Assembly (NCBI GenBank): GCA_964016885.1
Contig: OZ024745.1
Location: 64,728,001-64,792,000, forward strand
Direction: 5' to 3'
Length of the DNA stretch: 64,000 bases
From: Eledone cirrhosa
Taxonomy: Eukaryota
The position numbers and the translations under genes were made by a program. The notes below the pieces were generated by a model. That model ran no database searches and was not told the origin of the DNA. It saw nothing but the letters and a program-made list of their open reading frames with translations. Below, piece after piece: positions 44,330 through 57,200 of the stretch; positions within the stretch are counted from its first letter, which is position 1; every line of letters starts with the position of its first letter.

Positions 44330-47300
44330 ATTTGGGTGATCCATTTTTATTTGGAGATCCATTTTGTATTTGGGTGATCCATTTTTTAATTGGGTGATCC
44401 ATTTTTTATTTGGGTGATCCATTTTTTATTTGGGGGATCCATTTTTTATTTGGGGGATCCATTATTTATTTGGGTGATCCATTTTTTATTTGGGTGATCC
44501 ATTTTTTATTTGGGTGATCCATTTTTTATTTCGGTGATCCATTTTTTATTTGGGTGATCCATTTTTTATTTGGGGGATCCATTTTTTATTTGGGTGATCC
44601 ATTTTTTATTTGGGTGATCCATTTTTTATTTGAGGGATCCATTTTATATTTGGGTGATCCATTTTTTATTTGGGTGATCCATTTTTTATTTGGGTGATCC
44701 ATTTTTTATTTGGGGGATCTATTTTTTATTTGGGGGATCCATTTTTTATTTGGGTGATCCATTTTTTATTTGGGTGATCCATTTTTTATTTGGGGGATCC
44801 ATTTTTTATTTGGGTGATCCGTTTTTTATTTGGGGGATCCATTTTTTATTTCGGGGATCCATTTTTTATTTGGGTGATTCATTTTTTATTTGGGGGATCC
44901 ATTTTTTATTTGGGTGATCCATTTTTTTATTTGGGGGTCCATTTTTTATTTGGGTGATCCATTTTTTATTTGGGTGATCCATTTTTTATTTGGGGGATCC
45001 ATTTTTTATTTGGGTCATCCATTTTTTATTTGGGGGATCCATTTTTTATTTGGGGGATCCATTTTTTATTTTGTGTGATCCATTTTTTACTAGGGGGATC
45101 CATTTTTTATTTGGGTGATTCATTTTTATTTGTAGATCCATTTTTTATTTGGGTGATCCATTTTTTAATTGGATGATCCATTTTTTAATTGGGGGATCCA
45201 TTTTTTGTTTGGGGGATCCATTATTTATTTGGGTGATCCATTTTTTATTTGGGTGATCCATTTTTTATTTGGGGGATCCATTTTTTATTTGGGTGATCCA
45301 TTTTTTATTTGGGTGATCCATTTTTTAATTGGGGGATCCATTTTTTATTTAGTTGATCCATTTTTTAATTGGGTGATCCATTTTTTATTTGGGGGATCCA
45401 TTTTTTATTTGGGGGATCCATTTTTTATTTGGGGGATCCATTGTTTATTTGGGTGATCCATTTTTTATTTGGGTGATCCATTTTTTATTTGGGGGATCCA
45501 TTTTTTATTTGGGGGATCCATTTTTTATTTGGGTGATCCATTTTTTATTTGGGTGATCCATTTTTTATTTGGGGGATCCATTTTTTATTTGGGTGATCCA
45601 TTTTTTATTTGGGTGATCCATTTTTTAATTGGGGGATCCATTTTTTATTTAGTTGATCCATTTTTTAATTGGGTGATCCATTTTTTATTTGGGGGATCCA
45701 TTTTTTATTTGGGGGATCCATTTTTTATTTGGGGGATCCATTGTTTATTTGGGTGATCCATTTTTTATTTGGGTGATCCATTTTTTATTTGGGGGATCCA
45801 TTTTTTATTTGGGGGATCCATTTTTTATTTGGGTGATCCATTTTTTATTTGGGTGATCCATTTTTTATTTGGGGGATCCATTTTTTATTTGGGGGATCCA
45901 TTTTTTATTTGGGTGATCCATTTTTTATTTGGGTGATCCATTTTTTATTTGGGGGGATCCATTTTTAATTTGGGTGATCCATTTTTTATTTGGGGGATCC
46001 ATTTTTTAATTGGGTGATCCATTTTTTATTTGGGGGATCCATTTTTTATTTGGGTGATCCATTTTTTATTTGGGGGATCCATTTTTTATTTGGGTGATCC
46101 ATTTTTTATTTGGGTGATCCATTTTTTATTTGGGGGATCCATTTTTTATTTCGGGGATCCATTTTTTATTTGGGTGATCCATTTTTATTTGGAGATTCAT
46201 TTTGTATTTGGGTGATCCATTTTTTAATTGGGTGATCCATTTTTTTTTTGGGTGACCCATTTTTTATTTGGGGGATCCATTTTTTATTTGGGTGATCCAT
46301 TTTTTATTTGGGTGGTCCATTTTTTATTTGGGTGATCCATTTTTTATTTGGGGGATCCATTTTTTATTTGGGTGATCCATTTTTTATTTGGGGATCCATT
46401 TTTTATTTGGGTGATCCATTTTTTATTTGGGTGATCCATTTTTTATTTGGGGGATACATTTTTTATTTGGGTGATCCATTTTTTATTTGGGGGGGTCCAT
46501 TTTTTATTTGGGGGATCCATTTTTATTTGGGTGATCAATTTTTTATTTGGGGGATCCATTTTTTATTTGGGTGATCCCTTTTTTATTTGGGGGATCCATT
46601 TTTTATTTGGGTGATCCATTTTTTATTTGGGGGATCCATTTTTTATTTGGGGGATTCATTTTTTATTTGGGTGATCCATTTTTTATTAGGGGGATCCATT
46701 TTTTATTAGGGGGATCCATTTTTTATTTGGGTGATCCATTTTTATTTGGAGATCCATTTTTTATTTAGGTGATCCATTTTATAATTGGGTGATCCATTTT
46801 TTATTTGGGGGATCCATTATTTATTTGGGTGATCCATTTTTTATTTGGGTGATCCATTTTTTATTTGGGTGATCCATTTTTTATTTGGGTGATCCATTTT
46901 TTATTTGGGTGATCCATTTTTTATTTGGGGGATCCATTTTTTATTTGGGTGATCCACTTTTTATTTGGGGGATCCATTTTTTATTTGGGTGATCCATTTT
47001 TTATTTGGGGGATCCATTTTTTATTTCGGGGATCCATTTTTTATTTGGGTGATTCATTTTTTATTTGGGGGATCCATTTTTTATTTTGGGTGATCCATTT
47101 TTTATTAGGGGGATCCATTTTTTATTTGGGTGATCCATTTTTATTTGTAGATCCATTTTTTATTTGGGTGATCCATTTTTTAATTGGATGATCCATTTTT
47201 TATTTGGGGGATCCATTTTTTATTTGGGGGATCCATTATTTATTTGGGTGATCCATTTTTTATTTGGGTGATCCATTTTTTATTCGGGGGATCCATTTTT

Positions 47301-50300
47301 TATTTGGGTGATCCATTTTTTATTTGGGTGATCCATTTTTTAATTGGGGATCCATTTTTTTATTTAGTTGATCCACTTTTTAATTGGGTGATGCATTTTT
47401 TATTTGGGGGATCCATTTTTTATTTGGGGGATCCATTTTTTATTTGGGGGATCCATTGTTTATTTGGGTGATCCATTTTTTATTTGGGTGATCCATTTTT
47501 TATTTGGGGGATCCATTTTGTATTTGGGTGATCCATTTTTTATTTGGGTGATCCATTTTTTATTTGGGTGATCCATTTTTTATTTGTGGGATCCATTTTT
47601 TATTTGGGTGAACCATTTTTTATTTGGGGGATCCTTTTTTTATTTGGGTGATCCATTTTTTATTTGGGTGATCCATTTTTTATTTGGGGGATCCATTTTT
47701 TATTTGGGTGATCCATTTTTTATTTGGGTGATCCATTTTTTATTTGGGGGATCCATTTTTTATTAGGGTGATCCATTTTTTATTTGGGGGATCCATTTTT
47801 TATTTGGGGGATCCATTTTTTATTTGGGTGATCCATTTTTTATATGGGTGATCCATTTTTTATTTGGGGGGATCCATTTTTAATTTGGGTGATCCATTTT
47901 TTATTTGGGGGATCCATTTTTTATTTGGGTGATCCATTTTTTATTTGGGGGATCCATTTTTTATTTGGGTGATCCATTTTTTATTTGGGTGATCAATTTT
48001 TTAATTGGGTGATCCATTTTTTATTTGGGGGATCCATTTTTTATTTGGGTGATCCATTTTTTAGTTGGGTGGTCCATTTTTTATTTGGGTGATCCATTTT
48101 TTATTTGGGGGATCATTTTTTATTTGGGTGATCCATTTTTTATTTGGGGATCCATTTTTTATTTGGGTGATCCATTTTTATTTGGAGATCCATTTTGTAT
48201 TTGGGTGATCCATTTTTTAATTGGGTGATCCATTTTTTATTTGGGTGATCCATTTTTTATTTGGGGGATCCATTTTTTATTTGGGGGATCCATTATTTAT
48301 TTGGGTGATCCATTTTTTATTTGGGTGATCCATTTTTTATTTGGGTGATCCATTTTTTATTTCGGTGATCCATTTTTTATTTGGGTGATCCATTTTTTAT
48401 TTGGGGGATCCATTTTTTATTTGGGTGATCCATTTTTTATTTGGGTGATCCATTTTTTATTTGAGGGATCCATTTTATATTTGGGTGATCCATTTTTTAT
48501 TTGGGTGATCCATTTTTTATTTGGGTGATCCATTTTTTATTTGGGGGATCTATTTTTTATTTGGGGGATCCATTTTTTATTTGGGTGATCCATTTTTTAT
48601 TTGGGTGATCCATTTTTTATTTGGGGGATCCATTTTTTATTTGGGTGATCCGTTTTTTATTTGGGGGATCCATTTTTTATTTCGGGGATCCATTTTTTAT
48701 TTGGGTGATTCATTTTTTATTTGGGGGATCCATTTTTTATTTGGGTGATCCATTTTTTTATTTGGGGGTCCATTTTTTATTTGGGTGATCCATTTTTTAT
48801 TTGGGTGATCCATTTTTTATTTGGGGGATCCATTTTTTATTTGGGTCATCCATTTTTTATTTGGGGGATCCATTGTTTATTTGGGTGATCCATTTTTTAT
48901 TTGGGTGATCCATTTTTTATTTGGGGGATCCATTTTGTATTTGGGTGATCCATTTTTTATTTGGGTGATCCATTTTTTATTTGGGTGATCCATTTTTTAT
49001 TTGTGGGATCCATTTTTTATTTGGGTGAACCATTTTTTATTTGGGGGATCCTTTTTTTATTTGGGTGATCCATTTTTTATTTGGGTGATCCATTTTTTAT
49101 TTGGGGGATCCATTTTTTATTTGGGTGATCCATTTTTTATTTGGGTGATCCATTTTTTATTTGGGGGATCCATTTTTTATTAGGGTGATCCATTTTTTAT
49201 TTGGGGGATCCATTTTTTATTTGGGGGATCCATTTTTTATTTGGGTGATCCATTTTTTATATGGGTGATCCATTTTTTATTTGGGGGGATCCATTTTTAA
49301 TTTGGGTGATCCATTTTTTATTTGGGGGATCCATTTTTTATTTGGGTGATCCATTTTTTATTTGGGGGATCCATTTTTTATTTGGGTGATCCATTTTTTA
49401 TTTGGGTGATCAATTTTTTAATTGGGTGATCCATTTTTTATTTGGGGGATCCATTTTTTATTTGGGTGATCCATTTTTTAGTTGGGTGGTCCATTTTTTA
49501 TTTGGGTGATCCATTTTTTATTTGGGGGATCATTTTTTATTTGGGTGATCCATTTTTTATTTGGGGATCCATTTTTTATTTGGGTGATCCATTTTTATTT
49601 GGAGATCCATTTTGTATTTGGGTGATCCATTTTTTAATTGGGTGATCCATTTTTTATTTGGGTGATCCATTTTTTATTTGGGGGATCCATTTTTTATTTG
49701 GGGGATCCATTATTTATTTGGGTGATCCATTTTTTATTTGGGTGATCCATTTTTTATTTGGGTGATCCATTTTTTATTTCGGTGATCCATTTTTTATTTG
49801 GGTGATCCATTTTTTATTTGGGGGATCCATTTTTTATTTGGGTGATCCATTTTTTATTTGGGTGATCCATTTTTTATTTGAGGGATCCATTTTATATTTG
49901 GGTGATCCATTTTTTATTTGGGTGATCCATTTTTTATTTGGGTGATCCATTTTTTATTTGGGGGATCTATTTTTTATTTGGGGGATCCATTTTTTATTTG
50001 GGTGATCCATTTTTTATTTGGGTGATCCATTTTTTATTTGGGGGATCCATTTTTTATTTGGGTGATCCGTTTTTTATTTGGGGGATCCATTTTTTATTTC
50101 GGGGATCCATTTTTTATTTGGGTGATTCATTTTTTATTTGGGGGATCCATTTTTTATTTGGGTGATCCATTTTTTTATTTGGGGGTCCATTTTTTATTTG
50201 GGTGATCCATTTTTTATTTGGGTGATCCATTTTTTATTTGGGGGATCCATTTTTTATTTGGGTCATCCATTTTTTATTTGGGGGATCCATTTTTTATTTG

Positions 50301-53300
50301 GGGGATCCATTTTTTATTTTGTGTGATCCATTTTTTACTAGGGGGATCCATTTTTTATTTGGGTGATCCATTTTTATTTGTAGATCCATTTTTTATTTGG
50401 GTGATCCATTTTTTAATTGGATGATCCATTTTTTAATTGGGGGATCCATTTTTTGTTTGGGGGATCCATTATTTATTTGGGTGATCCATTTTTTATTTGG
50501 GTGATCCATTTTTTATTTGGGGGATCCATTTTTTATTTGGGTGATCCATTTTTTATTTGGGTGATCCATTTTTTAATTGGGGGATCCATTTTTTATTTAG
50601 TTGATCCATTTTTTAATTGGGTGATCCATTTTTTATTTGGGGGATCCATTTTTTATTTGGGGGATCCATTTTTTATTTGGGGGATCCATTGTTTATTTGG
50701 GTGATCCATTTTTTATTTGGGTGATCCATTTTTTATTTGGGGGATCCATTTTTTATTTGGGGGATCCATTTTTTATTTGGGTGATCCATTTTTTATTTGG
50801 GTGATCCATTTTTTATTTGGGGGATCCATTTTTTATTTGGGTGATCCATTTTTTATTTGGGTGATCCATTTTTTAATTGGGGGATCCATTTTTTATTTAG
50901 TTGATCCATTTTTTAATTGGGTGATCCATTTTTTATTTGGGGGATCCATTTTTTATTTGGGGGATCCATTTTTTATTTGGGGGATCCATTGTTTATTTGG
51001 GTGATCCATTTTTTATTTGGGTGATCCATTTTTTATTTGGGGGATCCATTTTTTATTTGGGGGATCCATTTTTTATTTGGGTGATCCATTTTTTATTTGG
51101 GTGATCCATTTTTTATTTGGGGGATCCATTTTTTATTTGGGGGATCCATTTTTTATTTGGGTGATCCATTTTTTATTTGGGTGATCCATTTTTTATTTGG
51201 GGGGATCCATTTTTAATTTGGGTGATCCATTTTTTATTTGGGGGATCCATTTTTTATTTGGGTGATCCATTTTTTATTTGGGGGATCCATTTTTTATTTG
51301 GGTGATCCATTTTTTATTTGGGGGATCCATTTTTTATTTGGGTGATCCATTTTTTATTTGGGGGATCCATTTTTTATTTCGGGGATCCATTTTTTATTTG
51401 GGTGATCCATTTTTATTTGGAGATTCATTTTGTATTTGGGTGATCCATTTTTTAATTGGGTGATCCATTTTTTATTTGGGTGACCCATTTTTTATTTGGG
51501 GGATCCATTTTTTATTTGGGTGATCCATTTTTTATTTGGGTGGTCCATTTTTTATTTGGGTGATCCATTTTTTATTTGGGGGATCCATTTTTTATTTGGA
51601 TGATCCATTTTTTATTTGGGGATCCATTTTTTATTTGGGTGATCCATTTTTTATTTGGGTGATCCATTTTTTATTTGGGGGATACATTTTTTATTTGGGT
51701 GATCCATTTTTTATTTGGGGGGGTCCATTTTTTATTTGGGGGATCCATTTTTATTTGGGTGATCCATTTTTTATTTGGGGGATCCATTTTTTATTTGGGT
51801 GATCCCTTTTTTATTTGGGGGATCCATTTTTTATTTGGGTGATCCATTTTTTATTTGGGGGATCCATTTTTTATTTGGGGGATTCATTTTTTATTTGGGT
51901 GATCCATTTTTTATTAGGGGGATCCATTTTTTATTAGGGGGATCCATTTTTTATTTGGGTGATCCATTTTTATTTGGAGATCCATTTTTTATTTAGGTGA
52001 TCCATTTTATAATTGGGTGATCCATTTTTTATTTGGGGGATCCATTATTTATTTGGGTGATCCATTTTTTATTTGGGTGATCCATTTTTTATTTGGGTGA
52101 TCCATTTTTTATTTGGGTGATCCATTTTTTATTTGGGTGATCCATTTTTTATTTGGGGGATCCATTTTTTATTTGGGTGATCCATTTTTTATTTGGGGGA
52201 TCCATTTTTTATTTGGGTGATCCATTTTTTATTTGGGGGATCCATTTTTTATTTCGGGGATCCATTTTTTATTTGGGTGATTCATTTTTTATTTGGGGGA
52301 TCCATTTTTTATTTTGGGTGATCCATTTTTTATTAGGGGGATCCATTTTTTATTTGGGTGATCCATTTTTATTTGTAGATCCATTTTTTATTTGGGTGAT
52401 CCATTTTTTAATTGGATGATCCATTTTTTATTTGGGGGATCCATTTTTTATTTGGGGGATCCATTATTTATTTGGGTGATCCATTTTTTATTTGGGTGAT
52501 CCATTTTTTATTCGGGGGATCCATTTTTTATTTGGGTGATCCATTTTTTATTTGGGTGATCCATTTTTTAATTGGGGATCCATTTTTTTATTTAGTTGAT
52601 CCACTTTTTAATTGGGTGATGCATTTTTTATTTGGGGGATCCATTTTTTATTTGGGGGATCCATTTTTTATTTGGGGGATCCATTGTTTATTTGGGTGAT
52701 CCATTTTTTATTTGGGTGATCCATTTTTTATTTGGGGGATCCATTTTGTATTTGGGTAATCCATTTTTTATTTGGGTGATCCATTTTTTATTTGGGTGAT
52801 CCATTTTTTATTTGTGGGATCCATTTTTTATTTGGGTGAACCATTTTTTATTTGGGGGATCCTTTTTTTATTTGGGTGATCCATTTTTTATTTGGGTGAT
52901 CCATTTTTTATTTGGGGGATCCATTTTTTATTTGGGTGATCCATTTTTTATTTGGGTGATCCATTTTTTATTTGGGGGATCCATTTTTTATTAGGGTGAT
53001 CCATTTTTTATTTGGGGGATCCATTTTTTATTTGGGGGATCCATTTTTTATTTGGGTGATCCATTTTTTATATGGGTGATCCATTTTTTATTTGGGGGGA
53101 TCCATTTTTAATTTGGGTGATCCATTTTTTATTTGGGGGATCCATTTTTTATTTGGGTGATCCATTTTTTATTTGGGGGATCCATTTTTTATTTGGGTGA
53201 TCCATTTTTTATTTGGGTGATCAATTTTTTAATTGGGTGATCCATTTTTTATTTGGGGGATCCATTTTTTATTTGGGTGATCCATTTTTTAGTTGGGTGG

Positions 53301-53400
53301 TCCATTTTTTATTTGGGTGATCCATTTTTTATTTGGGGGATCATTTTTTATTTGGGTGATCCATTTTTTATTTGGGGATCCATTTTTTATTTGGGTGATC
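44330..53400 (+). repeat. About 3.8-kb unit duplicated, with an added 1417-bp duplication (net offset 5228-5248) and an internal 300-bp duplication
   Basis: 44690/48521 = 3831; 47584/49001, 48025/49442 and 48521/49938 = 1417; 45169/50417 = 5248; 46925/52153 = 5228; 45169/45469 and 50417/50717 = 300. Confidence 0.88.
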
Positions 53401-54271
53401 CATTTTTTATTTGGGTGATCCATTTTTTATTTGGGGGATCCATTTTTTATTTGGGTGATCCATTTTTTATTTGGGGATCCATTTTTTATTTGGGTGATCC
53501 ATTTTTTATTTGGGTGATCCATTTTTTATTTGGGGGATCCATTTTTTATTTGGGTGATCCATTTTTTATTTGGGGGTCCATTTTTTATTTGGGGGATCCA
53601 TTTTTATTTGGGTGATCCATTTTTTATTTGGGGGATCCATTTTTTATTTGGGTGATCCATTTTTTATTTGGGTTGATCCCTTTTTTATTTGGGGGATCCA
53701 TTTTTTATTTGGGTGATCCATTTTTTATTTGGGGGATCCATTTTTTATTTGGGGGATCCATTTTTTATTTGGTTGATCCATTTTTTATTAGGGGGATCCA
53801 TTTTTTATTTGGGTGATCCATTTTAACTTGGAGATCCATTTTTTGTTTAGGTGATCCATTTTATAATTGGGTGATCCATTTTTTATTTGGGGGATCCATT
53901 TTTTATTTGGGGGATCCATTTTTTATTTGGGTGATCCATTTTTTATTTTGCTGATTCATTTTTTATTTGGGTGATCCATTTTTTATTTGGGGGATCCATT
54001 TTTTATTTGGGTGAACCATTTTTTATTTGTGAGATCCATTTTTTATTTGGGTGATCCATTTTTTATTTTGGTGATCCATTTTTTATTTGGGGGATCCATT
54101 TTTTATTTGGGTGATCCATTTTTTATTTGGGTGATCCATTTTTTATTTGGGGGATCCATTTTTTATTTGGGGGATCCATTTTTTATTTGGGTGATCCATT
54201 TTTATTTGGAGATCCATTTTGTATTTGGGTGATCCATTTTATAATTGGGTGATCCATTTTTTTTTTGGGGG

Positions 54272-57200
54272 ATCCATTTTTATTTGGAGATCCATTTTTT
54301 ATTTAGGTGATCCATTTTATAATTGGGTGATCCATTTTTTATTTGGGGGATCCATTTTTTATTTGGGGGATCCATTATTTATTTGGGTGATCCATTTTTT
54401 ATTTGGGTGATCCATTTTTTATTTGGGTGATCCATTTTTTATTTGGGTGATCCATTTTTTATTTGGGTGATCCATTTTTTATTTGGGGGATCCATTTTTT
54501 ATTTGAGTGATCCATTTTTTATTTGGGGGATCCATTTTTTATTTGGGTGATCCATTTTTTATTTGGGGGATCCATTTTTTATTTCGGGGATCCATTTTTT
54601 ATTTGGGTGATTCATTTTTTATTTGGGGGATCCATTTTTTATTTTGGGTGATCCATTTTTTATTAGGGGGATCCATTTTTTATTTGGGTGATCCATTTTT
54701 ATTTGTAGATCCATTTTTTATTTGGGTGATCCATTTTTTTATTGGATGATCCATTTTTTATTTGGGGGATCCATTTTTTATTTGGGGGATCCATTATTTA
54801 TTTGGGTGATCCATTTTTTATTTGGGTGATCCATTTTTTATTCGGGGGATCCATTTTTTATTTGGGTGATCCATTTTTTATTTGGGTGATCCATTTTTTA
54901 ATTGGGGATCCATTTTTTATTTGAGGGATCCATTTTATATTTGGGTGATCCATTTTTTATTTGGGTGATCCATTTTTTATTTGGGGGATCCATTTTTTAT
55001 TTGGGGGATCCATTTTTTATTTGGGGGATCCATTTTCTATTTGGGGGATCCATTTTTTATTTCGGGGATCCATTTTTTATTTGGGTGATTCATTTTTTAT
55101 TTGGGTGATCCATTTTTTGTTTAGGTGATCCATTTTATAATTGGGTGATCCATTTTTTATTTGGGGGATCCATTTTTTATTTGGGGGATCCATTTTTTAT
55201 TTGGGTGATCCATTTTTTATTTTGCTGATTCATTTTTTATTTGGGTGATCCATTTTTTATTTGGGGGATCCATTTTTTATTTGGGTGATCCATTTTTTAT
55301 TTGGGGGATCCATTTTTTATTTGGGGGATCCATTTTTTATTTGGTTGATCCATTTTTTATTAGGGGGATCCATTTTTTATTTGGGTGATCCATTTTAACT
55401 TGGAGATCCATTTTTTGTTTAGGTGATCCATTTTATAATTGGGTGATCCATTTTTTATTTGGGGGATCCATTTTTTATTTGGGGGATCCATTTTTTATTT
55501 GGGTGATCCATTTTTTATTTTGCTGATTCATTTTTTATTTGGGTGATCCATTTTTTATTTGGGGGATCCATTTTTTATTTGGGTGAACCATTTTTTATTT
55601 GTGAGATCCATTTTTTATTTGGGTGATCCATTTTTTATTTTGGTGATCCATTTTTTATTTGGGGGATTCATTTTTTATTTGGGTGATCCATTTTTTATTT
55701 GGGTGATCCATTTTTTATTTGGGGGATCCATTTTTTATTTGGGGGATCCATTTTTTATTTGGGTGATCCATTTTTATTTGGAGATCCATTTTGTATTTGG
55801 GTGATCCATTTTTTAATTGGGTGATCCATTTTTTATTTGGGTGATCCATTTTTTATTTGGGGGATCCATTTTTTATTTGGGTGATCCATTTTTTATTTGG
55901 GTGGTCCATTTTTTATTTGGGTGATTCATTTTTTATTTGGGGGATCCATTTTTTATTTGGGTGATCCATTTTTTATTTGGGGATCCATTTTTTATTTGGG
56001 TGATCCATTTTTTATTTGGGTGATCCATTTTTTATTTGGGGGATACATTTTTTATTTGGGTGATCCATTTTTTATTTGGGGGGGTCCATATTTTATTTGG
56101 GGGATCCATTTTTTATTTGGGTGATCCATTTTTTATTTGGGGGATCCATTTTATATTTGGGGGATCCATTTTTTATTTTGGGTGATCCATTTTTTATTAG
56201 GGGGATCCATTTTTTATTTGGGTGATCCATTTTTATTTGTAGATCCATTTTTTATTTGGGTGATCCATTTTTTAATTGGATGATCCATTTTTTATTTGGG
56301 GGATCCATTTTTTATTTGGGGGATCCATTATTTATTTGGGTGATCCATTTTTTATTTGGGTGATCCATTTTTTATTCGGGGGATCCATTTTTTATTTGGG
56401 TGATCCATTTTTTATTTGGGTGATCCATTTTTTAATTGGGGATCCATTTTTTATTTGAGGGATCCATTTTATATTTGGGTGATCCATTTTTTATTTGGGT
56501 GATCCATTTTTTATTTGGGGGATCCATTTTTTATTTGGGGGATCCATTTTTTATTTGGGGGATCCATTTTTTATTTGGGGGATCCATTTTTTATTTCGGG
56601 GATCCATTTTTTATTTGGGTGATTCATTTTTTATTTGGGGGATCCATTTTTTATTTGGGTGATCCATTTTTTTTATTTGGGGGTCCATTTTTTATTTGGG
56701 TGATCCATTTTTTATTTGGGTGATCCATTTTTTAATTGGGTGATCCATCTTTATTTGGGTGATCCATTTTTTACTTGGGGGATCCATTTTTTATTTGGGT
56801 GATCCATTTTTTATTTTGATGATTCATTTTTTATTTGGGTGATCCATTTTTTATTTGGGGGATCCATTTTTTATTTGGGTGAACCATTTTTTATTTGGGG
56901 GATCCATCTTTTATTTGGGTGATCCATTTTTTATTTGGGTGATCCATTTTTTATTTGGGGGATCCATTTTTTATTTGGGTGATCCATTTTTTATTTGGGT
57001 GATCCATTTTTTATTTGGGGGATCCATTTTTTATTTGGGGGATCCATTTTTTATTTGGGTGATCCATTTTTATTTGGAGATCCATTTTGTATTTGGGTGA
57101 TCCATTTTTTAATTGGGTGATCCATTTTTTATTTGGGTGATCCATTTTTTATTTGGGGGATCCATTTTTTATTTGGGGGATCCATTATTTATTTGGGTGA

